This document shows, in pieces, positions 26,306-36,668 of a stretch of 64,000 bases of DNA; position 1 is the stretch's first letter; each line of letters starts with the position of its first letter. Under the pieces are notes generated by a model. That model had not been told where the DNA came from and did no database searches. It was given only the letters and a program-made list of their open reading frames with translations. Source of the DNA: Parcubacteria group bacterium (lineage in GTDB: Bacteria > Patescibacteriota > Minisyncoccia > Moranbacterales > UBA11712); contig JBAZXV010000001.1 in NCBI GenBank assembly GCA_041659685.1, positions 178,771-242,770 on the forward strand. Reading direction: 5' to 3'. A program made the position numbers and the translations under genes.

Positions 26306-26944
26306 TTATCTCGAGTAGTATTCAACGACCATTTGCGCATCCACATCCACACTCAAGTCATCCTTTGTCGGTCTTGATTTTACCAAAACAGTCATCTTTT
26401 CATCATTAACTTCCAGCCATCCGGGTTTTTTCATTCCTTCTCTGTTCTTTAAGGACTCAGCTAGCTTAACAAAGAAACCTTTGCTTTTCTTGCTTTGCTT
26501 CACCTCAACCAAGTCGTTAGGCTTTACTTCAAAGGACGGGACATTCACTCTTTTTCCGTTCACTGAAAAATGAGAATGGCTGACCATTTGTCTGGCTTGC
26601 CTCCGATTACTTGCCAAAGCCGCCCTGTAAATCACATTATCAAGCCTCATCTCAAGCTTTTGAAGCAGGAGATCTCCCGTTACGCCCTGTTTGTTCTGCA
26701 CTTCCTTAAAATATTTCTTGAATTGCCTTTCAAGAACATTGTAAATTCTCTTTATTTTTTGCTTCATGAGAAGTTGCTGCCCATATTCGCTCGACATTCT
26801 TTTCCCCTTCGCCCCATGGACACCTGGCGGATAAGCGCGCCGAACCATCGCACACTTCGGCGTCCCGCATCGATCACCTTTCAAAAAAAGCTTCTCTTTC
26901 GCTCTCCTGCAAAGCCTGCATTTTTTATTTAAATCTTGCGGCAT
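26306..26944 (-). CDS. rpsD: 30S ribosomal protein S4
   Basis: N-terminal CRLCRR ... C ... C zinc-type S4, YGQQLLMKQK and an S4 RNA-binding domain. Confidence 0.95.
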   Translation of the reverse strand: MPQDLNKKCRLCRRAKEKLFLKGDRCGTPKCAMVRRAYPPGVHGAKGKRMSSEYGQQLLMKQKIKRIYNVLERQFKKYFKEVQNKQGVTGDLLLQKLEMRLDNVIYRAALASNRRQARQMVSHSHFSVNGKRVNVPSFEVKPNDLVEVKQSKKSKGFFVKLAESLKNREGMKKPGWLEVNDEKMTVLVKSRPTKDDLSVDVDAQMVVEYYSR

Positions 26945-26979
26945 AATTTATATAGCTATCTAAGAATAATTACTTGCAA

Positions 26980-27534
26980 CTAAACTCTTCTGGGTTTTCT
27001 CGGCCGGCATCCGTTGTGAGGAATTGGAGTTATATCTTTAATCGACGTTATTTCAAAATCGTTATTCGCCAAAGCTCTGATTGACGCTTCTCTTCCTGAT
27101 CCCACCCCTTTTACATAAACTTCGACTTCACGAAGCCCGTATTTGGAAACTTTTTCGGCGGCTGTGTTGACTATCTGAGTGGCTGCGTATGGCGTCGCTT
27201 TTTTGGCTCCTTTGAAACCCAGCGATCCGGCGCTGCACCAAGCCAGAATCTTTCCTCCAAGATCGGAGAAAGCGACAATCGTGTTATTATAGGTGCATTG
27301 AACATGCACTTGGCCTTTGAGTACTTGGCGCCGCACCTTCTTTTTCTTTTTTTTCAGGGCTGCTTTTTCCTCATCCTTCTCATCACCCTCTTTTGGAGCA
27401 GTTGCCTCGGCCTCATTAATATTCCCGGGAATACTCTCGGTCTTTACACCCTTTTTTTTGGGAGCGGAAACATCTCCCGGTTTTTTCCCGGCGTCCTCTT
27501 TGCTTTCTTCGATTGTTTTAGTGTTATCGGTCAT
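26980..27534 (-). CDS. rpsK: 30S ribosomal protein S11 with ~60-aa Lys/Glu-rich N-terminal extension
   Basis: Core GQVHVQCTYNNTIVAFSDLGGKILAWCSAGSLGFKGAKKATPYAA ... PHNGCRPRKPRR. Confidence 0.9.
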   Translation of the reverse strand: MTDNTKTIEESKEDAGKKPGDVSAPKKKGVKTESIPGNINEAEATAPKEGDEKDEEKAALKKKKKKVRRQVLKGQVHVQCTYNNTIVAFSDLGGKILAWCSAGSLGFKGAKKATPYAATQIVNTAAEKVSKYGLREVEVYVKGVGSGREASIRALANNDFEITSIKDITPIPHNGCRPRKPRRV

Positions 27535-27593
27535 TTTATTCTATGGATTTTTCAAAAATACGATTATTTAACGCTATTTTATAAATTCAAGTC

Positions 27594-27983
27594 TTACGTT
27601 TTTTCAGCAGAGGGCTTCCTTCCGCTACCCGCAGTTTTTCTCACATTACCCCTGACTGTCCTGGTGTTCGTTTTGGTTCTCTGTCCTCTTACCGGCAGAC
27701 CCTTGGAATGCCTGATTCCGCGGTAGCATCCTATGTCTTTGAGTCTTTTTATATTCATCTGCTTCTGGTGCTTTAATTCCCCTTCAATCGTAAAATTCTT
27801 TTCAATATAATCTTTCAAATTATTGACAATGCTTTCGCTGAGATCCTTTGTCCTTATATTCTGATCCAATTTCAAAGCAGACAGTATTTGATTACTTCTT
27901 GATAAGCCTATTCCGTAAATATATGTGAGGGCGATTACTATTCTTTTGTCATCGGGTATGGTTACCCCTGCGATACGAGCCAT
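27594..27983 (-). CDS. rpsM: 30S ribosomal protein S13
   Basis: MARIAGVTIP ... ALTYIYGIG ... GLPVRGQRTKTN. Confidence 0.95.
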   Translation of the reverse strand: MARIAGVTIPDDKRIVIALTYIYGIGLSRSNQILSALKLDQNIRTKDLSESIVNNLKDYIEKNFTIEGELKHQKQMNIKRLKDIGCYRGIRHSKGLPVRGQRTKTNTRTVRGNVRKTAGSGRKPSAEKT

Positions 27984-28004
27984 ATGTTGGTATGTTTAAT
28001 TCTT

Positions 28005-28118
28005 TTAACCCTGTCTTTGCTTGTGTTTGGGCACAGTGCAAATAACGTAAAGCTTCCCTTTCCTTTTTATAATTTTACACTTATTGCAAATTTTTTTTAC
28101 TGATGCTCTGACTTTCAT
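28005..28118 (-). CDS. rpmJ: 50S ribosomal protein L36 (37 aa; below ORF-track size cutoff)
   Basis: Own translation: [37 protein letters not shown]. It sits between infA and rpsM as in the canonical operon. Confidence 0.9.
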   Translation of the reverse strand: MKVRASVKKICNKCKIIKRKGKLYVICTVPKHKQRQG

Positions 28119-28153
28119 ACTATTATTAATTGATCTAAATTTAATAAAATTAC

Positions 28154-28372
28154 TTACATTCTTTGCACAATCCTGCCTTTCGTAAGATCATACGGACTCA
28201 TTTCAACCATAACCCGGTCACCAGGCAAAAGCCTGATATAATTCACTCTCATGCGTCCTGATATGTGAGCCAGTATTTCATGGCCATTTTCAAGTTCAAC
28301 TCTGAATGTCGTGTTTGGAAGAGTTTCTTTTACCAAACCCTGCAGCTTAATTATCTCTTTTTCTTTTGACAT
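28154..28372 (-). CDS. infA: translation initiation factor IF-1
   Basis: [42 protein letters not shown] ... S1-like fold. The start at 28372 is preferred over the track start at 28438. Confidence 0.9.
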   Translation of the reverse strand: MSKEKEIIKLQGLVKETLPNTTFRVELENGHEILAHISGRMRVNYIRLLPGDRVMVEMSPYDLTKGRIVQRM

Positions 28373-28508
28373 AATTATCGCCAAAGCGCATCCAAAATCA
28401 AAACAAAGGCTAATGCCCTGCCTTGTATAGCTTAACATTTAGGGCATTTCAATCCAATAGCTTGATTTGCTGTCTTTTGACTTTATTCAATCTTTTTAAA
28501 CTTTATAT

Positions 28509-28536
28509 ATATTAACAATTCTGTTTATTTTGTCAA
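28509..28536 (-). promoter_or_regulatory. candidate promoter of the infA-rpmJ-rpsM... operon
   Basis: On the minus strand, TTGACA (28536-28531), a 16-nt spacer and TAATAT (28514-28509). Confidence 0.4.
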
Positions 28537-28566
28537 CCCCAAAAGAACACTGTCTCAATATCTTCC

Positions 28567-30552
28567 TTATTTAATGGTAATTTCAACTCTTTTTTCGCTC
28601 ATAGGAACTCGAGAAACAAAAAACGGCCAAAAACTAATATCTGCTTTTAAAATGGCCGGATAAGTTTCCGCAAGGGAATTGATTTCACTGGCCTTTTTCC
28701 CCAAAATACCCCTTTTAAAATTTTCAATGTCAACGGCGCTGGCAACTCCAAAATCAGCCTTGGCTCCAAACTTTATCTCCCCTTCTTTCAGTTTTTCCTC
28801 CGACAAAACATATGTTATGGAGTTATTAAAGTTAACGAGCTGGCCCTGCTTGCTGATTTCCGCCTCTACAACTTGTCTTACATCATCGTCCGAAAAAGAA
28901 AGGGTTTGGGCTTTCACTTTCACCGCATATGTAAATTTTTCAGCCTCCGTCCCCGCGCTTTCCGAGGGCGCCGCACTCACCGTTTCCGTCACCACTGAAT
29001 CTTCAAATATTTTTTTACCGGACGGAAGATTTCTGCTTATTCCTTCAATAGCTTTTTTTTCCGCTTCAGCCACCAATTGTTCTTTCGCTTTCTCGATATC
29101 TTGCGCTGACACTATCAATGTTTCACCTTCCGAGCCGCCGCTCATCGCCTTTGAGGATTTGGCGTAAAATTTGTCGTATTTCGGTCCGCCTTCAAAGCCG
29201 GGTATCTTAAAGTCCGCCGGTTCGATATTGAAATCTTTTCCGGCTTTATCGGCCGCAACATCGACTTCAATTGCTCCAGGTTTTGTTTCGGACCCGACTT
29301 TAGTCATTCCGGGGACAATAACCGATTTTTTTATCCTGAATATCTTTCCGTCAGCCGTTTCGAGTCTCGTGGTGCTGACAAGCGGCTGATCGTCCGAACT
29401 AAATTCATTATATATCACGACTTTTCCGGTCGCCTTTCCTCCTCCATTCTTGCTTCCGGTCGCGTTAAAATCCCGTGATTTTTCCTGCGTTATTTCTTCA
29501 ACAGCCGCGGGGATTTTATTTTCGCTCCAATTGATTCCGGCTTGCGATGTGCTGGCGACAATATCCGCAGAACTTGTTTTTTCCTGCCCCTTTAGATGAA
29601 GGACCACTTGAGCCTTCGGGAGATTGAAATATGCCCAGGCAACGCCCGCCATAAGGAGAAAAACAACAGCGAAAAGCATAAAATACAAGCCGACTTTGCT
29701 CTTTATCTTCGTCTCCTTTAATTTTCCGGCCTTTCTTTTCGACACCTTTTCTTGCTTCTGAAGAGTTGGCGAGCCGCCAAAAAATTTTTCCGCCTGATTC
29801 TCAATATGGGCATCATTGTTTGTTTTTTGATAGAATTGTTCCATTGCCTCAGATTTTTTTTCGTCTTCCTGAAATCCTTTTTTTTCTGCTGCGGCAACAT
29901 CGCGGCTCTTTGCTTTTGATTTTGGCCTTGGTTTTGGTTTCGGGCTCGCCACAATATCAGACATCCGGACCGATTTATCCGTTTTTTTGTGTGTTTCGCT
30001 TTTTTCGGATTTTTTCCCCCCCTCTTTTTCATTGTTTAAATCAGCCATTATTTTCTCACTGCGGTCCGAAAATTCTATGTTTTCGATGTTGCTGTCCTTT
30101 GCTTCACCCCCTTCAGAAAACTTTTCCCCTTGACCCTGATTTTGGTTGATCCTGGGAGGATCTTCAAAATAATTTCCGGAACCAAATGATTCTTGTTCGT
30201 CATTCTCTCTCAAAATTTCTTCTCTTTCTCCCTCGCTGATCGTCATATTTTTCTGAAACGAATTTTCCGATATTTCTTCGTCCTCCATTACCGGCCCTTC
30301 AATTTCCCCTTGCACTAAAATTCCCGCCTTTTCTATCAGCTTCTTGCCAATCTTGTCTTGAGTCACGATCATAATTCTTCTTTTTCTCCGATCAGATTCT
30401 TTTTTAAGCAACTTTAAGTTCACAAGACTTTGAAGAAGCAAGGCTCGTTTCGGGGCAACAATAATAACTTCTCCGGCTTCAGCCTTCCTGATTCGATCGA
30501 TTATCGAAGTTATTTCTTCGTCTATGTCGATGTAAATGGTTTTATGAGACAC
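28567..30552 (-). CDS. hypothetical single-pass membrane protein (661 aa) downstream of ftsA
   Basis: Compact N-terminal cytoplasmic domain (KTIYIDIDEEITSIIDRIRKAEAGEVIIVAPKRA...), a ~200-aa charged low-complexity linker, a TM helix (VGLYFMLFAVVFLLMAGVAWAYF) and a ~360-aa extracytoplasmic domain. No motif recognised. Confidence 0.6.
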   Translation of the reverse strand: MSHKTIYIDIDEEITSIIDRIRKAEAGEVIIVAPKRALLLQSLVNLKLLKKESDRRKRRIMIVTQDKIGKKLIEKAGILVQGEIEGPVMEDEEISENSFQKNMTISEGEREEILRENDEQESFGSGNYFEDPPRINQNQGQGEKFSEGGEAKDSNIENIEFSDRSEKIMADLNNEKEGGKKSEKSETHKKTDKSVRMSDIVASPKPKPRPKSKAKSRDVAAAEKKGFQEDEKKSEAMEQFYQKTNNDAHIENQAEKFFGGSPTLQKQEKVSKRKAGKLKETKIKSKVGLYFMLFAVVFLLMAGVAWAYFNLPKAQVVLHLKGQEKTSSADIVASTSQAGINWSENKIPAAVEEITQEKSRDFNATGSKNGGGKATGKVVIYNEFSSDDQPLVSTTRLETADGKIFRIKKSVIVPGMTKVGSETKPGAIEVDVAADKAGKDFNIEPADFKIPGFEGGPKYDKFYAKSSKAMSGGSEGETLIVSAQDIEKAKEQLVAEAEKKAIEGISRNLPSGKKIFEDSVVTETVSAAPSESAGTEAEKFTYAVKVKAQTLSFSDDDVRQVVEAEISKQGQLVNFNNSITYVLSEEKLKEGEIKFGAKADFGVASAVDIENFKRGILGKKASEINSLAETYPAILKADISFWPFFVSRVPMSEKRVEITIK

Positions 30553-30672
30553 AATAAAAATAAAAAATTAAAGTTTTAAAATATTTTGAATGTTAAAATC
30601 ATTTTGGCATTAAAATAATTTTTGCACTTTGGATTGTCATTTTTCATTTTTATTTTTACATTTTCAATTAAT

Positions 30673-31935
30673 CTAGTTTTGCATCATTTTAACTGCCCGA
30701 CGGAGCATGCTGGAGAGCACTTTTTCCTCTCCAACCAAATCAAGGGCCAGGTTTGCGAGACCCATCGGAGTGACATCCTGCGGATTTTGCAAAAACCCCG
30801 TATTGTCATGAATGTTTGTGACATCTTTTGGCTGCAGAAATCCAACCGACGGCACTTTGGAAAAGGGGAGATTCTTAAGCCATTCCTGACTCTGCAAAGC
30901 CTTTTTTATGCCCGGCAGCGCCGAGCCTCCGCCGCAGAGCAGTATTCTGCGGGGCAAAAGATCCGATTCGGCATATTCTCCCAAAGAGAGCTCAACCCCG
31001 TCCAGCCACACCTGACAATCTTCCGCAAGCATCTTTTCAATCCTGCGGCTGACATCTCTCCCTGTTTCACCGCGGCCATATCTTATTTTAAGTTGTTCGG
31101 CTTCTTCAAAGTTAATGTTAAGCTCCTGCGCCAAACGTTTCGTGAAAGCCCTGCCGCCCAGAGCAAACATTTTTGTGCCTTCAAGGCCTCCGTTTCTGAC
31201 TAAGGCTATATCCGTAGTACCGCCCCCGATATCAATGAATATGGCGCTAAAATCAACTGTATTTTCAAGTCCCATTGATCTGGCGACAGCGTACGGCTCA
31301 GCCGCAATGCTGAGAAGATCCAGATTAAGTTCCTCCGCGATTTTTTGGAGCGCTCCCAGATGAATCATTGGAGCGTAAGCGTTAAAAACTCCTATGGAAA
31401 CATCCCTGCCCTGGAAACCGAGAGGATTTGTGACCCGGTATCCGTCGATCCTTACATCAACAATGGCGGCGTTAATAAGTTTGACATCGATTTCGCTGTG
31501 CCCCGTTTCCCAAGCCAATTGCTGCCTGATGCGGTCAAACGCCTTCCATTGAACTTTTTGGACAATATTTTTAAGTTCCGGAAGATCAATCCTGATTTCC
31601 GGCTTTACCCGCTCGTAATGGACAGTCGTTGTTGATCCCTTTACGAGCTCTCCCGCAATTCCCATTATGGTTTGTTCGACTTGCCGAACTCCTGCCATCT
31701 CCTCGGCTTTGGAGATCGCCTCTTCGCAAGAGCTGACGACGCCGGCAATATCGCTCACTGCCCCCGATTGCATGTCCCCCAGACGCTGCCTGGCACGCCC
31801 GACGCCGGCCACGATTCCTTTTTCCGATTCTTCGTCAATCTTAAAAATCAGGGCTTTTACAACCTCTGTGCCGATATCCAAAGCCAGCGCGTGACCGGCG
31901 CTTCGCCTCCGAAATATTTTCGATATTATTCCCAT
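30673..31935 (-). CDS. ftsA: cell division protein FtsA (actin-like ATPase)
   Basis: ALDIGTEVVKALIF phosphate-1 motif, an inserted 1C/SHS2-like segment, IFIDIGGGTTDIALV and LCGGGSALPGI. Confidence 0.8.
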   Translation of the reverse strand: MGIISKIFRRRSAGHALALDIGTEVVKALIFKIDEESEKGIVAGVGRARQRLGDMQSGAVSDIAGVVSSCEEAISKAEEMAGVRQVEQTIMGIAGELVKGSTTTVHYERVKPEIRIDLPELKNIVQKVQWKAFDRIRQQLAWETGHSEIDVKLINAAIVDVRIDGYRVTNPLGFQGRDVSIGVFNAYAPMIHLGALQKIAEELNLDLLSIAAEPYAVARSMGLENTVDFSAIFIDIGGGTTDIALVRNGGLEGTKMFALGGRAFTKRLAQELNINFEEAEQLKIRYGRGETGRDVSRRIEKMLAEDCQVWLDGVELSLGEYAESDLLPRRILLCGGGSALPGIKKALQSQEWLKNLPFSKVPSVGFLQPKDVTNIHDNTGFLQNPQDVTPMGLANLALDLVGEEKVLSSMLRRAVKMMQN

Positions 31936-32083
31936 ATACCGTTGTTCTTTGTTTTCATTTCAATTATACTAGAATATATGAAAGAGGAAAAGCGCCGCCC
32001 CATAAAATTTAATATTGAATAAGCCTCTCTTCGCATATCGGGTTCGGCATACTATCCGTAAACACGACATAATCTTCAAAAAA

Positions 32084-33079
32084 ATGAATTTCCCGTACGA
32101 AAAAATTTATAAAATATTGAGATTTATAATTTACCTTATTCCGGTTGCATCAGTAGTTATCGGTCTTTATCTGATCCTTTTTCCGATTGAAAGCTTTAAC
32201 TATTACAGCGACAAGCCAAGTCTTTCCAAATTTGAGTTTATGAAAAATATCGATGCGAACGAAATTCGTTTCGGTGTTTTTCCCCTTCGAAACCATCGCT
32301 TCATCAATCTCAAGATAAATTCAGCGCAAACAGAAAAAGACTCGTGCCGGAAGAATCCCCCGTCTGTGTATCTCGAAAGGACTTATCAGGCTTTTCTATA
32401 TCCCGATGGAGGAACAGTGAACTCAAAAGAGGAATTAAAAGATCTTTTATTCGCTGATAACAACACGGAATATCCCAACGGGTCACTGCTTCACCTTAAA
32501 CCGACCGATGAAGTTTTCTTCATAAGCCATGGAAAAAGGATTCTGTTTCCCGGTCCGGAAATATTTTTTTCGTTCGGATTCAATTTCGACAACTTAAACG
32601 AAGTGGATCAATCGACAATCGACCAATTTCCCGAAGCGGACGATAAAGTTTTTCTTTGGACTAATCCTCATCCCGACGGAACAATTTTTCAAGGATTTCC
32701 TTCCCATTCGCTCTATCTCGCGCTGAACGGAAGGAAATATCTGATTCCCAGTCCGGAAATTCTGAAAGATTTATGGCCGAACTATTACACAATCCCGGTT
32801 GATGACATATCGCCGGAAAACAAAACAGAGTGTCGTCCGTCTGAAAAAGATTATGCCCAGGGCGCCGTAGCTTGCAGTTTCGATACAAATAATCTGCCTC
32901 TTTCCATCGGAAAATATTATTTATTTACCGTGAAATATCCTGATTCGTGCCCCGTCTCGGATATCCACCCTGAAAATGCCCGGATAAACTTCATCGCTGA
33001 AAGATCTTATGCGACAATCAAGGATACGATAAGAACAATTTTTGCTTCAGTTCTCAATCGTTATATACAACAGCAATAA
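32084..33079 (+). CDS. hypothetical secreted/membrane-anchored protein
   Basis: From MNFPYEK there is one N-terminal TM helix, then a ~300-aa domain with no recognised motif. The track start at 32015 is a TTG codon. Confidence 0.5.
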   Translation: MNFPYEKIYKILRFIIYLIPVASVVIGLYLILFPIESFNYYSDKPSLSKFEFMKNIDANEIRFGVFPLRNHRFINLKINSAQTEKDSCRKNPPSVYLERTYQAFLYPDGGTVNSKEELKDLLFADNNTEYPNGSLLHLKPTDEVFFISHGKRILFPGPEIFFSFGFNFDNLNEVDQSTIDQFPEADDKVFLWTNPHPDGTIFQGFPSHSLYLALNGRKYLIPSPEILKDLWPNYYTIPVDDISPENKTECRPSEKDYAQGAVACSFDTNNLPLSIGKYYLFTVKYPDSCPVSDIHPENARINFIAERSYATIKDTIRTIFASVLNRYIQQQ

Positions 33080-33094
33080 CAGTAAATTATCTTT

Positions 33095-33481
33095 ATGACG
33101 CAAGATAAATTTTTTTACCGGTTGACAAAAGATCTTCTGATATCACTCGTGATAACTTATTTTTTGTCCCTAATCCCCGAACTTATTCTGCCCGGAGTGG
33201 TGAGTTCCCATTTTAATCCGAAATATCTTTTGTTTTTTATTTTGATTCTGGGAATAGTCTTCTTTTGGCTGGGTAAAAAATATCCCGTCCAGGAAAAATT
33301 AAGATTCAGAGCCATCTCAAAAAATCTTTTAAATTTCATGCTTTTCGTCGTAATGGTAATGTTGGCTCTAAGTCTTTATAAGATGAAGATTTGGCAGATA
33401 TTGATTGTTCTGGTACTATCATTAGTCCTCCTGATATCGGCCGAGAAAATGCTCGTACCGGAAAATAATGAGGAGCAGTGA
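33095..33481 (+). CDS. hypothetical integral membrane protein (128 aa)
   Basis: Four predicted hydrophobic helices. Confidence 0.5.
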   Translation: MTQDKFFYRLTKDLLISLVITYFLSLIPELILPGVVSSHFNPKYLLFFILILGIVFFWLGKKYPVQEKLRFRAISKNLLNFMLFVVMVMLALSLYKMKIWQILIVLVLSLVLLISAEKMLVPENNEEQ

Positions 33482-33529
33482 TTGTTCTTTAGACAGAGTT
33501 TGCTGTTAAACCAAGGAGGTTTGCGCATA

Positions 33530-33907
33530 ATGACCGACAGGCAAAAAGCAAGCGTTTTTTCTCTCGTGGCGGGCTTGATAATCATGCTAGCGGCACAGTG
33601 TGCTTATCTTGGATCGGGATATTCTTATCTCAAGAATGATATCCCCAAGCCTCTCGAATTATTCCTGGTGATTTTTGTCTTTGTATTCCTGCTTCTCCAC
33701 TTCTCCATGATTGACGGAAAAAGAAGCAGGCTCCTGCATTATCTGACCATAACCCTGCCGGCGATTTATTTTTTGGAAATATATTTTTTTCCAATCGCCA
33801 AAAGCAAAGAAGTCAAGTATTTGCTGGCTTCCGTGACGGTATGGTGGATTATCGGATGGTGGACAATTGCCTGGGCTGATTTTCTAAAAATTTTAGACGA
33901 CCATTAA
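33530..33907 (+). CDS. hypothetical integral membrane protein
   Basis: ATG at 33530 lies 9 nt after AAGGAGGT. The protein has multiple hydrophobic helices. Confidence 0.5.
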   Translation: MTDRQKASVFSLVAGLIIMLAAQCAYLGSGYSYLKNDIPKPLELFLVIFVFVFLLLHFSMIDGKRSRLLHYLTITLPAIYFLEIYFFPIAKSKEVKYLLASVTVWWIIGWWTIAWADFLKILDDH

Positions 33908-33966
33908 AAACGGGCTCGGTTATTATAACCGGGCCCAGCGTATTTTAGCGGATACATTCGTTCTAA

Positions 33967-35529
33967 TTATTCTATTTTTTTCCCCTCTCCGACTCCTGCC
34001 ATTTCGGTTCGCTTTGCTTTTATAATATTTTTATATCCCATGGAAGCGGCGAGGCTTTTTGTCGCAAACTGCCGCCGCGCTCCGTTTTCGATGAAATAAT
34101 ATTTACTGCGATAATTCACCGTCGCGCCGCTCTGAAAAGGAAAAACTTCCCTTGTTTTGTATTTTTTCAAAAATTTCTGTGAAACTTTTATGGCCATTCC
34201 CCGGGAAAAAGTGGCCCGAAAAACGTCTTTCGATATTTTTTTCTTAAGGCCTTTTTCAGAAACATAGAAATAATTTTTATAGTCGCCCGTAAGAAGCGCG
34301 CCTGCTGGAAAACTATCCGCGCTGGAAATAATTTCACCCTCTGCATATCGGGCGCTTTCCCCGTCCGAAATATCGTGCGCAGAGCTCCGGTCTATTGATT
34401 TCAGATCACTGTCCGAGAGAATTATCCTTCTTTTTTTATTTCCTGATAAAATGAAATAATTCCCTCCTAAATCTTTCACGAAGGCGCCGTTTCGAAATTC
34501 CGCCGGCGATCCGCTTGGGAAACTTGCCCATTTTTCGCTCGTAATTTCCACAAAACTTGAAGAGTCATAACTGGAAGAAAGAAGGCTGTCACCGCTTATT
34601 GTCCGCAAATTTCCATTCTCAATAATCCCCCGCTTTCCCTCGGAAGAAACCTTGACCAATGTTCCGGACGGATAATCAAACAACCCTTGCTGGACGGAAA
34701 CTTCCGCATCGCCTCCCGATCCATAAGCAAGAATCTGGTTTTTCGAGATATTGACTACCGGCTGCCGCCCGCTTTTCGAATATCTTTTTCCGTTTGCTAT
34801 TTCATAGGCAGTACCGCCAACTTCGTATGAATATGCGTAATTTGAAAATTCTTCCGAAAACTCGGCGCCCTTTGATCTCATCGCATCCAAATTATCGTAT
34901 ATTCTTTTTCCCGGACAGTCGGTGCTGCCGATATCCCTGTGGCCGATAACTGTGTTATCCAGCTTTTTACCGTGAAACTTTATGTCGGAATTGACGGTGA
35001 TGCTATTATTGGCCGCCAGCCATCCCACAAGTTTTTGAAGCGAATCCTGCGCTTCGGCCGATAATTTTTCGTCATCGTAATTTCCAATAACTGCAATTCC
35101 GATCGATCCCTCATTGTAATTCGTCCCGTTGTAATAAGCGTGTCCGCCGACTGCGCCGTTCCCGCCATAACGACCTTCGAAAATCTTCCCGTCTTTTCCG
35201 ATTATATAATTATATCCGATGTCACCCCATTTTTTGGTGTATGAATGGTATTTATATATTTTCCTGACTTGCTTTGCCGTCGATCCGGAATATGACGCGG
35301 CAGTGTGATGGACAACGATTACTTTCGGATCCTCATATTTCGCCGGCCAAATATTTTTCGTTCTTTTTTCATAGCTTGACTTGGACCAGCTCGATCGCGG
35401 ATATATTTCCGGAACGTCTGAGACGGACAGCTTCGAATTCTTGGCCGAGACAAAACAAAAAGGCGCGCCCGACAGACCCGCGATTGCAATTAATATGATG
35501 ACAGCTTTTTTTGTTTTTATTTTAGTCAA
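33967..35529 (-). CDS. N-acetylmuramoyl-L-alanine amidase (Amidase_2/PGRP domain) with C-terminal repeats
   Basis: Signal peptide, then VVHHTA ... WGDIGYNYIIGKDGKIFEGR ... GHRDIGSTDCPG. Confidence 0.75.
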   Translation of the reverse strand: MTKIKTKKAVIILIAIAGLSGAPFCFVSAKNSKLSVSDVPEIYPRSSWSKSSYEKRTKNIWPAKYEDPKVIVVHHTAASYSGSTAKQVRKIYKYHSYTKKWGDIGYNYIIGKDGKIFEGRYGGNGAVGGHAYYNGTNYNEGSIGIAVIGNYDDEKLSAEAQDSLQKLVGWLAANNSITVNSDIKFHGKKLDNTVIGHRDIGSTDCPGKRIYDNLDAMRSKGAEFSEEFSNYAYSYEVGGTAYEIANGKRYSKSGRQPVVNISKNQILAYGSGGDAEVSVQQGLFDYPSGTLVKVSSEGKRGIIENGNLRTISGDSLLSSSYDSSSFVEITSEKWASFPSGSPAEFRNGAFVKDLGGNYFILSGNKKRRIILSDSDLKSIDRSSAHDISDGESARYAEGEIISSADSFPAGALLTGDYKNYFYVSEKGLKKKISKDVFRATFSRGMAIKVSQKFLKKYKTREVFPFQSGATVNYRSKYYFIENGARRQFATKSLAASMGYKNIIKAKRTEMAGVGEGKKIE

Positions 35530-35581
35530 GATATTCCGATCCCCTAATTTTATTATAAATTACTCTTGGAATTATTTTCAA

Positions 35582-36550
35582 CTAATCCGCTTTTCCCAAT
35601 TCCGCGTCATCGTTGACATACTGAAATGTGCAATTTTCATTTGTTTTTGCATCAATAGCGCTAAAAGCCTCCGGCGAAAGTCCGCCAACCCGCCCCGTCC
35701 AAATAGCCGGCCCCGATTCAAGGATCGCAGCCACAACTTTTTTTCCGTTTCGCTTGTTGGTGACCAGCACTTTTTTCTTTTTATACCACTTTTTTTTGGC
35801 AGTGTTCGCGTCCAGAGCGCGCGTGACTCTCTCCCATTGTCCTCCTTTATACCGATATTCCAATTTCACGCTATCCCCTTTGTCATGGCTCGCCACTGAG
35901 CTCTTATAGCCTCTCTTCAGGCCCTTTAGCTTGTCTCCTTGCTTTGATGAATATCTTATATATTCGCTTCCGATTTTGACATAACCGGATTTAGGAAAGT
36001 CATCCGCCGAGTCAAGGAGTAAAGAAGCGCTGTCTTTTCCCAGTTTTTCTTTGAGATCCGATTCCGGCTCTTTCCAGTCGGCATATTCCCAGCGCATCGT
36101 AACGTAATATTTTTCGTATTTTTCATCGTCTTTATCAAGAGGACCGAATGAACCGTATCCTCCGGCCATGCCATTGCGGCAGGACGACGGAGTGTCCGCC
36201 ATTTTATAGTGACTTGAAGCTGACTGATTTTTTTTCAGCCAAAGATGCTGTTCGCGGGCAATTTTTCCGGACGAATCGGGAAGGGGATACTTTCCTTCAA
36301 CAATGTTTACGCTGCCCCCTGAGCCTTCTCCATTTTCTTCGCTTCCGTTGTTTTGGCCCGCCTGACAGTTTTTAACCGCTGTCTGATATTCGCTCCGGCT
36401 TATTTTTGGGAGATATTTTTGCCAATAAGCCTGGGGCACATTATTTTTTTCCAGCAAATTCTGCCACTTTGATTCTTTAGCGGCGCACAAAGTGGAATTC
36501 ATTCCAAAAACAGCAAACAAAACTAAAAGTATTTTCCAATTTTTTGGCAT
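35582..36550 (-). CDS. secreted protein with C-terminal RlpA-like double-psi beta-barrel (putative)
   Basis: Signal peptide. The C-terminal VLVTNKRNGKKVVAAILESGPAIWTGRVGGLSPEAFSAI resembles the DPBB_1/RlpA signature. Confidence 0.45.
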   Translation of the reverse strand: MPKNWKILLVLFAVFGMNSTLCAAKESKWQNLLEKNNVPQAYWQKYLPKISRSEYQTAVKNCQAGQNNGSEENGEGSGGSVNIVEGKYPLPDSSGKIAREQHLWLKKNQSASSHYKMADTPSSCRNGMAGGYGSFGPLDKDDEKYEKYYVTMRWEYADWKEPESDLKEKLGKDSASLLLDSADDFPKSGYVKIGSEYIRYSSKQGDKLKGLKRGYKSSVASHDKGDSVKLEYRYKGGQWERVTRALDANTAKKKWYKKKKVLVTNKRNGKKVVAAILESGPAIWTGRVGGLSPEAFSAIDAKTNENCTFQYVNDDAELGKAD

Positions 36551-36668
36551 TTTGCAATTTGCTTGTTAAATGTTTTTAGACTTTCTCTGCCTGCTTATTG
36601 ATATCATAACACATTTTACTGAAGCCCGTTTAGAGACTCCGGATCAACCCGGCAAGTCCGATAATTTC

